The notes below the pieces were generated by a model. It searched no databases. It saw only the letters and a program-made list of their open reading frames with translations, and had not been told where the DNA came from. DNA of 37,449 nucleotides from Diploschistes diacapsis (Eukaryota). Positions 1 through 9,867 of this stretch are shown piece by piece. The stretch lies in NCBI GenBank assembly GCA_023645945.1, contig JALAIB010000062.1, forward strand, positions 1 through 37,449, in the 5' to 3' direction. Position 1 is the first letter of the stretch; every line of letters starts with the position of its first letter. The translations under genes were made by a program, and so were the position numbers.

Positions 1-785
1 GGGCGGTGTTGGGTGAGAGTGTGGGGGAGGGAGAAGTGTAGGCCGGAGGTGCCTCGTCTGGGACGGACTTGGACGTCAATTAGCTTGTGTGTAGTAAATG
101 AGAAAATTGTACGAGTGTGGAAACTTACGGTGCCGTTGACAGCCCCTTCCGTGCCGAGAGCCGGGAGAAAGGTCACGCGGATTTTCTTCTCCTTGATGGT
201 ATCCTTAGCTAGCTTGTCGATGCTCGACCACTGCGCTTGTTAGAATTGGAGGGACGAAACAGCGCAAGCTCACAATAGTAGAGGCATCCGCTTCCTGAGT
301 TCCGTCGATCAGAACCGACTGCACCAGGAACTTGTCGCGGCAACGGGCATCAAGGGGAGGATCTTCCTTCATGGCTTGAAGCAGCACTACACAACAGCTC
401 AGTATATTATTCCATACCTCCCACTGTGTACGCTAACCTTGAATCTCAACATCTTTTCCGGGCTCGATGCGGCCGGAGTTGGGGCGTACGCAGTACCTAA
501 TAGAACGTCAGGGGTAATGGGCCTAGTCATTCTGTAGGCACGTACTGTTTCGGCGCGGTGGTTTTGACCTACGTCGGTAATAACATTAACGTTCTGCGCC
601 TACTATCATGAAAATGGTTGACTAACCTTGAAGGCAACGGGATCCTGGTTTGGGTTTGCTAAGCGGAGCACCCGCGAAACCTCGTGCGTAAAGGGCCCTG
701 ATGCATCGTCAATAAAGCTCGACTGCGGCAACTAGACCGGCTTACTGCGGAAGCCAAGCTCTGCTGGCTCAAGTTCGACAGACAT
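1..785 (-). CDS. SCS2: VAP/Scs2 MSP-domain ER membrane-contact protein, multi-exon, 3' part outside the window
   Basis: Manual splicing from ATG at 785 gives MSVELEPAELGFR-PFTHEVSRVLRLANPNQDPVAFK-VKTTAPKQ-YCVRPNSGRIEPGKDVEIQ-VLLQAMKEDPPLDARCRDKFLVQSV. FKVKTTAPKxYCVRPNSG and DKFLVQ are VAP signatures. Six short GT-AG introns. Confidence 0.93.
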
Positions 786-1282
786 CCTTGTGATGGAATT
801 GACCAGATGTGTGCAGCAGAATCGGCGCGCTTTTGTCCAGATCCACCAAGCTTACTGAATTGGTGATGGGGTCTGTGCCTGTGAAGTCTTTGCGTCTGTC
901 TGTTTGTTCTCGACACGTTGAAATAGATGTGTTGTCGCAACGATGAGTTAACAAACAAACAAGTAGAGGGTACTAGGTAGGTGTTTGATGATGCCGGTTT
1001 CCAGGAAGCTTAAGGTAACGAACAGGCGGCGACACGCTTTGCCGAATTTGTCAGGACTCGGCTAGCAATGACGTACTTTCTTGATAGGCACAACATTCAG
1101 ACTCGAGCTATGGCACTGAAAAACAAAATGTACATACTACGAGGTACAAATACGAGGTTTTAATTAACTTGTCGTAGACCTGTAGTAAACTGCAAATCAG
1201 CAGATTATTATCTCTGAGGTTGCCATTCGTCATACATTGTATTGACTATCCTGTCTTTCGTCTTTGACGAGAAACCGTCACG

Positions 1283-2460
1283 ATGACGCAGTCGGATTTG
1301 GACACTCTGCTCGAGATGGGCTTCGACAAGGAGCGAGCCGAATTGTCAGTCAAGCAGACGGGTGGACTCCAGGGTGCCCTAGAGTGGTTAGAGCGCAATC
1401 AGAATAAGCCCCTTGATGAGATTAAAGCCGCAGCTGCCTCATCTTCAAGCGCTGATGCCTCCGCTGATGCCAGCGAGACTGCTGCGAGCCTCGTCTGCAA
1501 CGAATGCAGGAAGAGGTTCCGCAACCAGTCACAGGCCGAGTTCCACGCTGAGAAGAGCGGACACACCGACTTTGCAGAGTCGAGAGAGGAGATTGCGCCT
1601 CTAACGGAGGATGAGAAGGCGGCTCGACTGGAAGAACTACGTGAGCGACTAAAAGAAAAGCGGGCTGGCATGTCAGAGCAGGACAAAGCCGACAAAAAGC
1701 GCAACGACGTAAGTCTATCTACTAGTATGAACACAATACGTTCCGCCCAGGGATGGCTCGAGCTGGAGGGTGCGTTCGGGAATACCCTGGGATCACGAGA
1801 AAAAGAAGGACGCGTTGATACTAATATACCTTAGAAGTGCCTTAGCTACATATACATATAGTGTCATAGCTGCACCGTTCTGTTCACACTACCGCCCAAT
1901 CTGTTGCCCTCAACCACCCTGACCGCTAACACTCCATATCCTAGGAAATCCGTCGCAAATCCACCAAAGAGACCCAAGACGCCAAAGAAGAATTGCAGCA
2001 TAAAGAACAGATCAAGGAAGCCGAGAAGAAGCGCCGGGAAAAAGCCGCGGACATCGAAGCCAAGGAAGCAATCCGCCGCAAAATCCAAGCTGACAAAGAC
2101 GCCCGCAGAGCCAAAACCGAGGCCGAAAAAGCCGCCCGCGAAGGCCGCGAGCCCGCCTCCTCCTCCATTTCACCCTCCAACACCGCCGCGCAGATCCCAG
2201 CAGGCCAGGTCACGTCGAAGCCGGCATCCGCGTACACGGAGACTCGGCTGCGGCTGCAGACGAGCCAGGGGAACGTGATGAAGAGCTTCCCGGTCGAGAC
2301 GACGCTGTTCGAGGTCGTGGCCGCGCTGGACCGGGAGAGCGGGGTGCAGGCGACAAGCTTCGTACAGAATTTTCCGAGGAAGACGTTTGACGAGGTGGAT
2401 TTCGGGGCGAGCTTGAAGGAGTTGGGCCTTGTACCGAGCGCGAGCTTGATTGTCCGGTGA
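1283..2460 (+). CDS. UBA + C2H2 zinc finger + coiled coil + UBX protein (Cdc48/p97 adaptor, UBXN1/SAKS1-like)
   Basis: N-terminal UBA (LLEMGFDKERAELSVKQTGGLQGALEWL), CxxC..H..H finger (CNECRKRFRNQSQAEFHAEKSGH), C-terminal UBX (ETRLRLQ...NFPRKTF...LKELGLVPSASLIV). Intron 1709-1944 (GTAAGT...GCTAAC...TAG) joins the two ORFs in frame. Confidence 0.9.
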
Positions 2461-3100
2461 GGGTTCTTCGGCGAGCGAGGTAGGCGGTGCTTGGAGAGAG
2501 AGCGTGTGCATTGTGGTCGAGACTGGGGCTGGACAAGAGAGGTGCGCAGTCAAGGTTGCATGCTGGCGCTGGGCGAGCGTTGTGACGGTGCGGCTCGCCT
2601 GGTTTTTTTGGATGGGCGAGAGGCTCGGCATTTGGTTACTCGATCATCCTGTCCAAAAGGCTCACGAACGTAGGTAGTGTGAAGAATGGCTCTGTGATTT
2701 TATGCGAGCATGGATACGTACAGCAGCGAATCAAACATCATTATCTTGGCAGAAAAAGGATTGAACGTGACAGTATCTCCGCAGTCTGGTGAGATCAAGA
2801 ACGATTTGCACATAAATTCTTGGGAGAGCTTCAAGTAGCTCAAGTCTGTTTTGTACTTGAAAATCGAAGCATCCCCAAAGCTCATGTACGGGCATAAAGT
2901 GGTTGAAGAAGTGTATAGTATGTAAACTTGTTCTTGATATTGCTTGGGGCAGTCTCAACTACACAGTGGTAACACCATGTATTTGAATAACCGCCTGCAG
3001 GGCTGCGGAGTCGCCTACTGGGATGCCATATGCCCACTCATTCAAAACAAAACTCTATTTATTCCTCTTCCGTGACGCCCTCACTTCGGATTCATCCCCC

Positions 3101-5009
3101 TCAGATAACAGTCCCCTTCACCTGCTTAAAGTCCTTGACCGGATAATCCCTCCATGCTGCCGTCGCCACCAACCCCACCACCAGCACCGCCGTCCCCGCC
3201 GTCAGCATCCACCGCTGCCCGTCGCCGTACGCCATATCGATCGCCTTCCTCGTGGGGCTGCCGACGGGATAGCTCAACTGCACGGTCAGCTCCTCGTAGA
3301 TGCTATGCAAGTTCTTCTGCTCGGCGGCCGGCAAGTGGGCCGCCAGCGAGACGGGGAACGTGCTGGTCCAGATGGCGGCGGACACGGTGCTCCCGATCGC
3401 GCTGCCGATGCTGGTGAACATGCTCTCGATGGCCAGCACGACGGCGATTTCGCCGTGGCTCGAGGCGGCCATGACGGCCATCTGCTCGCATATCACCAGC
3501 GTGCCGCCGGAGAAGGCGATGAAGATCTGGCACATGACCAGATACCCGACGCTCCAGCCGGGCTGGCGGAAGAAGATCATCAGCCCGACACCGAGGATCT
3601 GAAGGGGCAGGCCGAAGTACAGCGCCAGCCACTTGAAGCGCCCGCTCCAGCGCACCAGCAGCCCCACGACCAGTGCCCACAGCGACGAGCCGACGGTGTA
3701 GATGTTGCCGACGTAGCTGGCCTGCGTGATGGACAGGTCGTGCACGACCTGCAGGTACGACGTGAAGTAGCTGTCCCAGCAGTAGTAGCTGACGAAGAGC
3801 GTGCCGGCTAGCACGCAGGCGCCGAGCACGGTGCGGTCGGTGAGTAGGGAGAAAGGGATGAAGGTTTTTTGGGCCCAGAACTTTTCGTGGACGGCGAAGA
3901 GGATGATGAGGAGGGCGCCGAAGACGATCATGGATATTACGAGGGCGGAGCGCCAGCCGAGCGGCTGGTAGGTGTGGAGACTGAAGGGGAGGAGGAAGAG
4001 AGCAAGGCCGGCGGCGAGAAGGAGGATACCGATCACTGGAGTTGATTAGTGGCGGGTTAGGTGATGGAGGGGAGAGCCCAACCGTCAAATTCGATAGCGT
4101 AGTATTTGAGGGACTGGGGAAGAGTCCGGCCGCGACCACGATCTGGAACAAGCCCTGCTTTCTTGGCTTTATTGTAGTTGTATTGAAACAAGATCAACAG
4201 AGGAGCACAGACGACGGGGACAACGAGCGCAAAGGTGCCAAAAGCCCAGCACCATCCAGCTCCTCCTAGATAGCTAGTTGCCACGGGTCCTCCTAACCAG
4301 GCAGTCACGATGTACGGAGATGTGGTGTAAGCAAACATGAGCGCTCGGTTCTTGAGGCTCGACGTGTCGGCCACGAAGACGTTCAGTACGTAGAGGATCC
4401 CATTGTTGCCGACCCAATAGAAGACTTGAGCAGCGCAGTAGGTCTCAACGTCATTGCAAGCAGCCATCATAATGAGCCCTGACTTGTCAGGTAAATCGTG
4501 CTCCTGGACAGGAGTGATACTTACCCAAGACGCAGCACAGCACCATGAAGCCAAAGCCATATGATCGACCCCAGACGTCGAGAATCTTGGCCACGGGCAA
4601 CTTGATGAGGGCGCCAATTATGCTGGACAAGATACCGGTAACAGGTACTAGGGAATGAAGAGCGAAGTCGCTGTAGACGTAGGGAGTCAACTGAGAGGCA
4701 ATCTGTTCCTGGAGGGAATTGACGAAAAGAATCACAAATATTCTGTGTATCCGTTAGGCTTAAACCGAGACATCATATGAAAGAACCCTACAAGACGTAT
4801 GCCAGCACTAAACTTCGCTTGCTCCAGACTGCTGTGATTGCCTCAACCTGTTGAAGTCCAGCTTGAGCATCTTTGGCTGGGACCTCATCGCTATCGAAAG
4901 ATGGTTTATCAGGATTAATAGGTATATTGTCGCTGGAACCTTGGACATCTGGCGAATGAGCGTCTGCAACCATGGCAGGCTCAGTAGGGTCTTTTAGATC
5001 TAACTTCAT
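3101..5009 (-). CDS. Siderophore-iron transporter, MFS SIT/ARN family (MirB/Str1-like)
   Basis: AQAGLQQVEAITAVWSK, KLPVAKILDVWGR, YCAAQVFYWVG, FVADTSSLKNRAL, IGSAIGSTVSAAIW are typical of the SIT family. Three introns (4743-4791, ~4480-4524, ~4037-4083). SreA-type boxes upstream. Confidence 0.9.
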
Positions 5010-5208
5010 TGAAAAGTACGGTCATGAGAAGATGAGACTGAAGAAATATTGGCTGAAAAATGATTAAAAGATACAAATTCGGGTTACCAATGAGAAGATA
5101 TATGATGGATGGCATGAGAGAGGATAGAGTGGCACTTCGCTCCAGGGACTTGTCCCTAGTTGAAGTGGGGATTACTTATTCCCCCTTTCAACGGTGAAGG
5201 CTGTAATC

Positions 5209-5249
5209 TTATCTGATCATCCGATCATCTGATAATTCTGATCTGATAA
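5209..5249. promoter_or_regulatory. Cluster of three ATCWGATAA iron-repressor (SreA/Sre1 GATA factor) sites
   Basis: TTATCTGAT at 5209-5217 (ATCAGATAA on - strand), ATCTGATAA at 5227-5235 and 5241-5249, 200-240 bp upstream of the siderophore transporter ATG. More HGATAR cores near 5274, 5346 and 5618. Confidence 0.8.
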
Positions 5250-5625
5250 CCTTGAAATCACGCCTACGTCATGCTTATCACAACTTATTTTCATGTAATC
5301 TTACATTGAAACTTCATGTTCTCATATGTTTAATCTAGAATCTGTCTTATCAAGTGCTGCGACGACTTGGAAAGGCTGAACAAGTTTCAGGAGTGCTTCA
5401 GACTGACGAAGGTATAAAACTGAAAGGTCCTGGGAGAACTTCAACTATCTCCGCCCTGTTCCGTATGTCTAAAAATCATCCTTCGAGCTCTTGTGTGGCC
5501 GTAAAGTGGTTGGAAAGGTATTTGATGTGCATACCATAGTGAAGCAAAAGATCTTGTTCCAAGTGAACAAATAATCAAGAGCCTGGAGGGGCCGTTAGGG
5601 CTTAATTAGGCTGAAGCCTGATAAG

Positions 5626-5700
5626 GCGCGACACGTGATCTCACACGTGATCTCGCCTATTGTGCGCGTCTCAATTGCTAAAGTCCTTCTGCGGCGCGTT
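5626..5700. promoter_or_regulatory. RAD52 proximal promoter: tandem E-box repeat plus CGCG (MCB-like) cores
   Basis: Perfect 12-bp tandem repeat ACACGTGATCTC at 5631-5642 and 5643-5654. GCGCGA at 5626, GCGCGT near 5664, GGCGCGTT at 5693-5700. Confidence 0.5.
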
Positions 5701-5756
5701 CTACAACAAGCACTTTTCGCAAGCCCACACTATGCCTGCGTAAGCTCATCTTCATC

Positions 5757-7872
5757 ATGTTTGGAGCGATAGCTAACCCTGATAGGATTGGTGAGCAACA
5801 TAGAGCTTCGAACATTACTACCAATCCTTTCGAAGAGACCCAGCCTCGACTCAGCGAGTACACCGCACAGGAGATCGCGACTCTACAGAGCCGGCTAAAT
5901 AAACAGCTTGGGCCAGAATATATCTCCGCACGAGCTGGGCCGGCAGGAGGCAGGTTACACTATGTTGCCGCAGAAAAGTGCATACAGCTGGCGAACGAAG
6001 TATTTGGATTCAACGGCTGGTCGAGTAGTATCAGAGAAGTGCAGGTGGATTATGTGAGAGGTGTTCTGAAGATAACTGGAAACATTGCTGATGAAATACA
6101 AAGGTCGAGGAACTACCTCACTCTGGGAAGTTCAATATGGGCATATCCGTGATCATGCGGGTTATGCTAAGAGATGGCTCGTTTCACGAGGTTCGTCGAT
6201 GATGCATGTGCAAGGCGTTGTGCTGAGAGACTTTAGGATATCGGATACGGCCATATCGAGAACTGCAAGAGCAAGGCAATGGCTTTCGAAAAGACTAAGA
6301 AAGAAGCGACTACAGATGCACTCAAGAGAGCTCTCCGAAACTTCGGGAATGTACTTGGAAACTGCATATACGACAAAGACTACATCTCGAAGGTGACGAG
6401 GATGAAGGTTGCACCAGTAAGCGGCCCTCAAAACACTGCTAGCGGATTAGCTCATCTGTTCAGACTAAATTTGCCGTGGAAAACCTGCATCGACATTCGG
6501 ATCACGCACCAATTAAAAAGGAGGTTGCCTCGGAGGAAGAAATGAAAACTTCTGGCGAAGAGAGCCACTGTGAGTAGTCGATGGAAAAACTCAGAATGCA
6601 CCGTGCCTAATCTTTATGTAGCAACAGAGACCCATGAGGCAGACGACGAGTTCGGTGGTGAGTATCTTTACTCCGTATTGACTGTTGCTACAGACCCTAA
6701 TGCTGGTCGTAGCGGATTTCGACGAGGTGGACTTTGGTGTTACCGGGAACGGTCATCCAGACGAGGTTATGGTAGATGCTCCTATCGCTTCCGCTCATCC
6801 CCCACGAAAGGGCAATTCAGCGAAAACTGTGCCGAACACTGCTCTCCAAAGGGCTTCATCGACTTGTCAAATCCAAAAGGCTCCACCATCAAGAGGTCCA
6901 GTCAAAGCCCCTTCGGTTGGCGCTGGCCCAACTACGGTTCCTGCGATTTCCGCGCCTACAACTCCGCAGCAGCGACAGGCACCGCCAATGCCTGCTGTAG
7001 CTCAAAGACCGCAAAACCCTCCGCAGCCACCATCGCAAATGAACCCTCCACAAGAAAGTCGGCCTCTACCACCACGAAACCCACAGCAATCACGGCCTAT
7101 GCCTCAGCAGCCTCACGCCTCATCCACGTCTCAAGCTCCGCGCCCTAACGCACCACCGGCCTCCAATAACGCCCAGCTTAATACCGGGCCCAACCCTTCA
7201 GCGGAGCCTGTGGTCCCAGCCAACCCCCCAATAGGCTTCTTCGCCGCCCGCGCCGCCGAAGCAATCCAAGCCGCTCCATCAACCCTTCCCGAAAACGTCA
7301 CCTTTAACCCCCACGCCGAAAGCCCCTCCATCCCCAAAACAGCCGGCATCGACCACACGCGCAGCAAACCCATCCAGGCCAACCGTGACGCGCAACCGCC
7401 CATTCCTCCGGATCCCAACCACAACCCTCCGCAACTCCCCACCCTTCCTTCCGGTGCAGGATCGGAAGCAGGAGTAGGCGCTCCAGCACCGCCGCCGCCC
7501 CAGCGACAAAACTTCATAAACCCCCACCTCGACACCGCGCGCCGCATCGGCATGCCGGGCGCCCATGGGACGAGTCCGCTGCAGAATAGGAGCAGCTACA
7601 AGGTCCCTACGCTGAAGAGGCCGGCGGAGGGACCGCCGCCGCAGGCCTCAGCAGCAGGGGCAGGAAACATGGGACCAGTGCAAGGGCAGGGGCAGCGCCA
7701 GCAGCAGAGGCCGGCGCTAGCGGACGTCACGGGCGCCAGTACGAATGCTCGAGGGCCGGCGCAGGTGCATGGGCAAGGGCAGGGAGGACCGCCGGAGAAG
7801 AAGGTGAGGGTTGGGCCCGGGGCTGGGACTGATGCCGGAGCGGCGGCTAAGGCGAACGGAGTGGGGAGTTAG
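5757..7872 (+). CDS. RAD52: DNA repair/recombination protein Rad52/Rad22
   Basis: [18 protein letters not shown]...[13 protein letters not shown]...RDGSFHEDIGYG...[27 protein letters not shown]. Introns 6054-6103, 6191-6236, 6417-6463, 6570-6621 and 6658-6711 keep the frame into a Pro-rich C-terminus. Confidence 0.96.
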
Positions 7873-8555
7873 GGTGGCAGGTTGTTGGGCGGTGGATTGG
7901 TGTAAATTGGTAGTGTAAAAAGATGCCGAGGGACGAAGCGGGGACTGGGCACGGCATGGATTAGCACGGTGCTTTTTGGCGCATTGGGTTCTGGTTTCAA
8001 TGTGTAGGCGGGAGGGCAAACACTCGCTTGCGTCATTTTCGTGAGACCGAAAGGGGGGACGGGAGGGGAACGAAGATGAATTTTGGAGGCCGAGCATATC
8101 TAGCACGAAAAATACACGACCCGGAGACTTGAAAAGAGAGATCTCGAGTCCCACCATGTATGTGTATTTCTGACGCTACCGCCGCGCGCCTAGGCGCCTG
8201 GGCGGAGAAAAGGAGAAGAGTTATGCGGGATCCCTTTTCCGTGACGCCTTCCTTCGCCTGCCCCATACCCCCTCCCTAAAACCAGCACCATAGTCCAACG
8301 CCACCACGCATGGAGCGTGCCCTTTCCATCGCTCCGCTTCCCTCGATTTGTGTGAATACTCATCCATCATCTCCATCGTGACCGGGCCTCCTGTCACGCA
8401 AACACCCGCTTCGGTGCAGCAGACAGTCTTACAGCGCGACTCCTACCTCCCCCACCCGCTGCGCACTGCATCGGCCCTCGTCGCAGTGATCCATCCTGAT
8501 CACGGCGTGCACGGGTCGGTCTCCGCTTTCTTGGCTTCCTTGGTGTTTTTGACTT

Positions 8556-9371
8556 TCACTGTCGTTCTTGCTCAGCGGTTCCGCTCTCCTGCGGAACGGA
8601 CATCTCATGCTTTCTTGGGTTATTGGAAGATTCAACGCTTCCTGTTACGGGCAAGGAGAACTGCTTGCCTTTCCCGCTCGAAGAATGGTCTCCTCCTGCT
8701 GTTGAGTGATCGCATTCTTCCGCGTTCAAGCTGACGCTCTTTACGCTCCCGCCTGCCGAACCTTCAATCTCCCCGTTTGAACTGAACTCGCCCTTGCTCT
8801 GCACGCTCGCAAAGGACAACAGCGATGACGAGGCCGAGCCGCCACCGACGTACCGGGGCGCGAGACTCGATTCGATAACTGGCGGGCTCGGCGGCTTCCC
8901 CTCGACCTCCTCCACCCACCAGTATCTAAGCGGCGGCTCCACAGGTTTCCAGTATTGTCTGCAGCATGCTAAGAACCTCCCTTCTAGCTCCGGCCAGGTG
9001 TCGATATCCCTTTGGTACATCAGCACGGCTAATACGACGGTGCCGGAGCCAACGTGGCCCCTGACTTCGAATAGACCGATTCGCGTGCGTTTGTGTAGGT
9101 TACGGTCCCAGAGGAGGGTGTAGAGGTGGCTGTAGACGCGTGGAAAGGTATAGCTCCAGGGCGTGAGACGGGAGTCCGGGATTGGACTTAGAGGGGGGGA
9201 TCGATGGCCGCTGATGGGAAGGATGTGATGGCGGATGGAGGTGGATGAGGCGGTTGAAGCGGATGCGTGGGAGCTGGCTGTGCTGGAACTAGTGGAGGGG
9301 TGAAGGGCATGTAGGGTGTGGTTGATGGCATTTCTAGATACCATCCTCAGTATTGGTATGGACTGGCCCAT
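8556..9371 (-). CDS. Hypothetical protein (271 aa): Ser-rich ends and a globular-looking core
   Basis: Long uninterrupted ORF with an aromatic/hydrophobic core (WSYTFPRVYSHLYTLLWDR...YWKPVEPPLRYWW). No family recognised, start uncertain. Confidence 0.45.
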   Translation of the reverse strand: MGQSIPILRMVSRNAINHTLHALHPSTSSSTASSHASASTASSTSIRHHILPISGHRSPPLSPIPDSRLTPWSYTFPRVYSHLYTLLWDRNLHKRTRIGLFEVRGHVGSGTVVLAVLMYQRDIDTWPELEGRFLACCRQYWKPVEPPLRYWWVEEVEGKPPSPPVIESSLAPRYVGGGSASSSLLSFASVQSKGEFSSNGEIEGSAGGSVKSVSLNAEECDHSTAGGDHSSSGKGKQFSLPVTGSVESSNNPRKHEMSVPQESGTAEQERQ

Positions 9372-9867
9372 TTTCCGTCTCTATGAACATTGTATGGGGC
9401 TCCTTTATGGGAAATAGAGCTCCTCGATAGGAGACTTGATCTTTGACAGTTGGGGTAGCATTTGAGCGAGCTAATCTTGAATTGCTCGTGGTGAATATCC
9501 GCGTCATTATCTTGAGAAACCCCGATTAGTGCCCCATTTCTCATAACAATTTTTCGGTTTAGATTGAGCTCAGATTACCATGATATCGAGATAAACTGGC
9601 GCTCTGCGGCTTAGCCACCGGTACCGAAACATTGGCTGCCTGTCTCGGGAGTGTTGACAAATCTGATCCATTAGATATCGCTGCTGTGATCGTTGAAGAG
9701 TGCTCGAATAGATTTTGGTGTTAGGAGCTAGGTGCGTCTCGTTTCTATTGGGGCTAGTGTCACATAATACACCCAATTCTGATTACCGGAGATCCAAGAA
9801 TGGTGCTGATTCTTCTCTGTTGCGAGGCAAGGAGTTGCAAAAGCGTTTAGCTGTGGATAGCCATGCA

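Noticed and set aside
1709..1840. Stwintron (nested intron) in the UBX gene
   Set aside because: Removing 1709-1834 yields GACAAGTGC, which does not rebuild a donor site.
2710..2924. Protein-like + frame with one internal stop between UBX and the MFS gene
   Set aside because: Short, no recognisable motif, and compatible with chance in a region of convergent 3' ends.
3023..4151. Long overlapping alternative-frame ORFs (262 and 282 aa; likewise 34645-35418)
   Set aside because: Shadow ORFs produced by high GC3 in the real genes.
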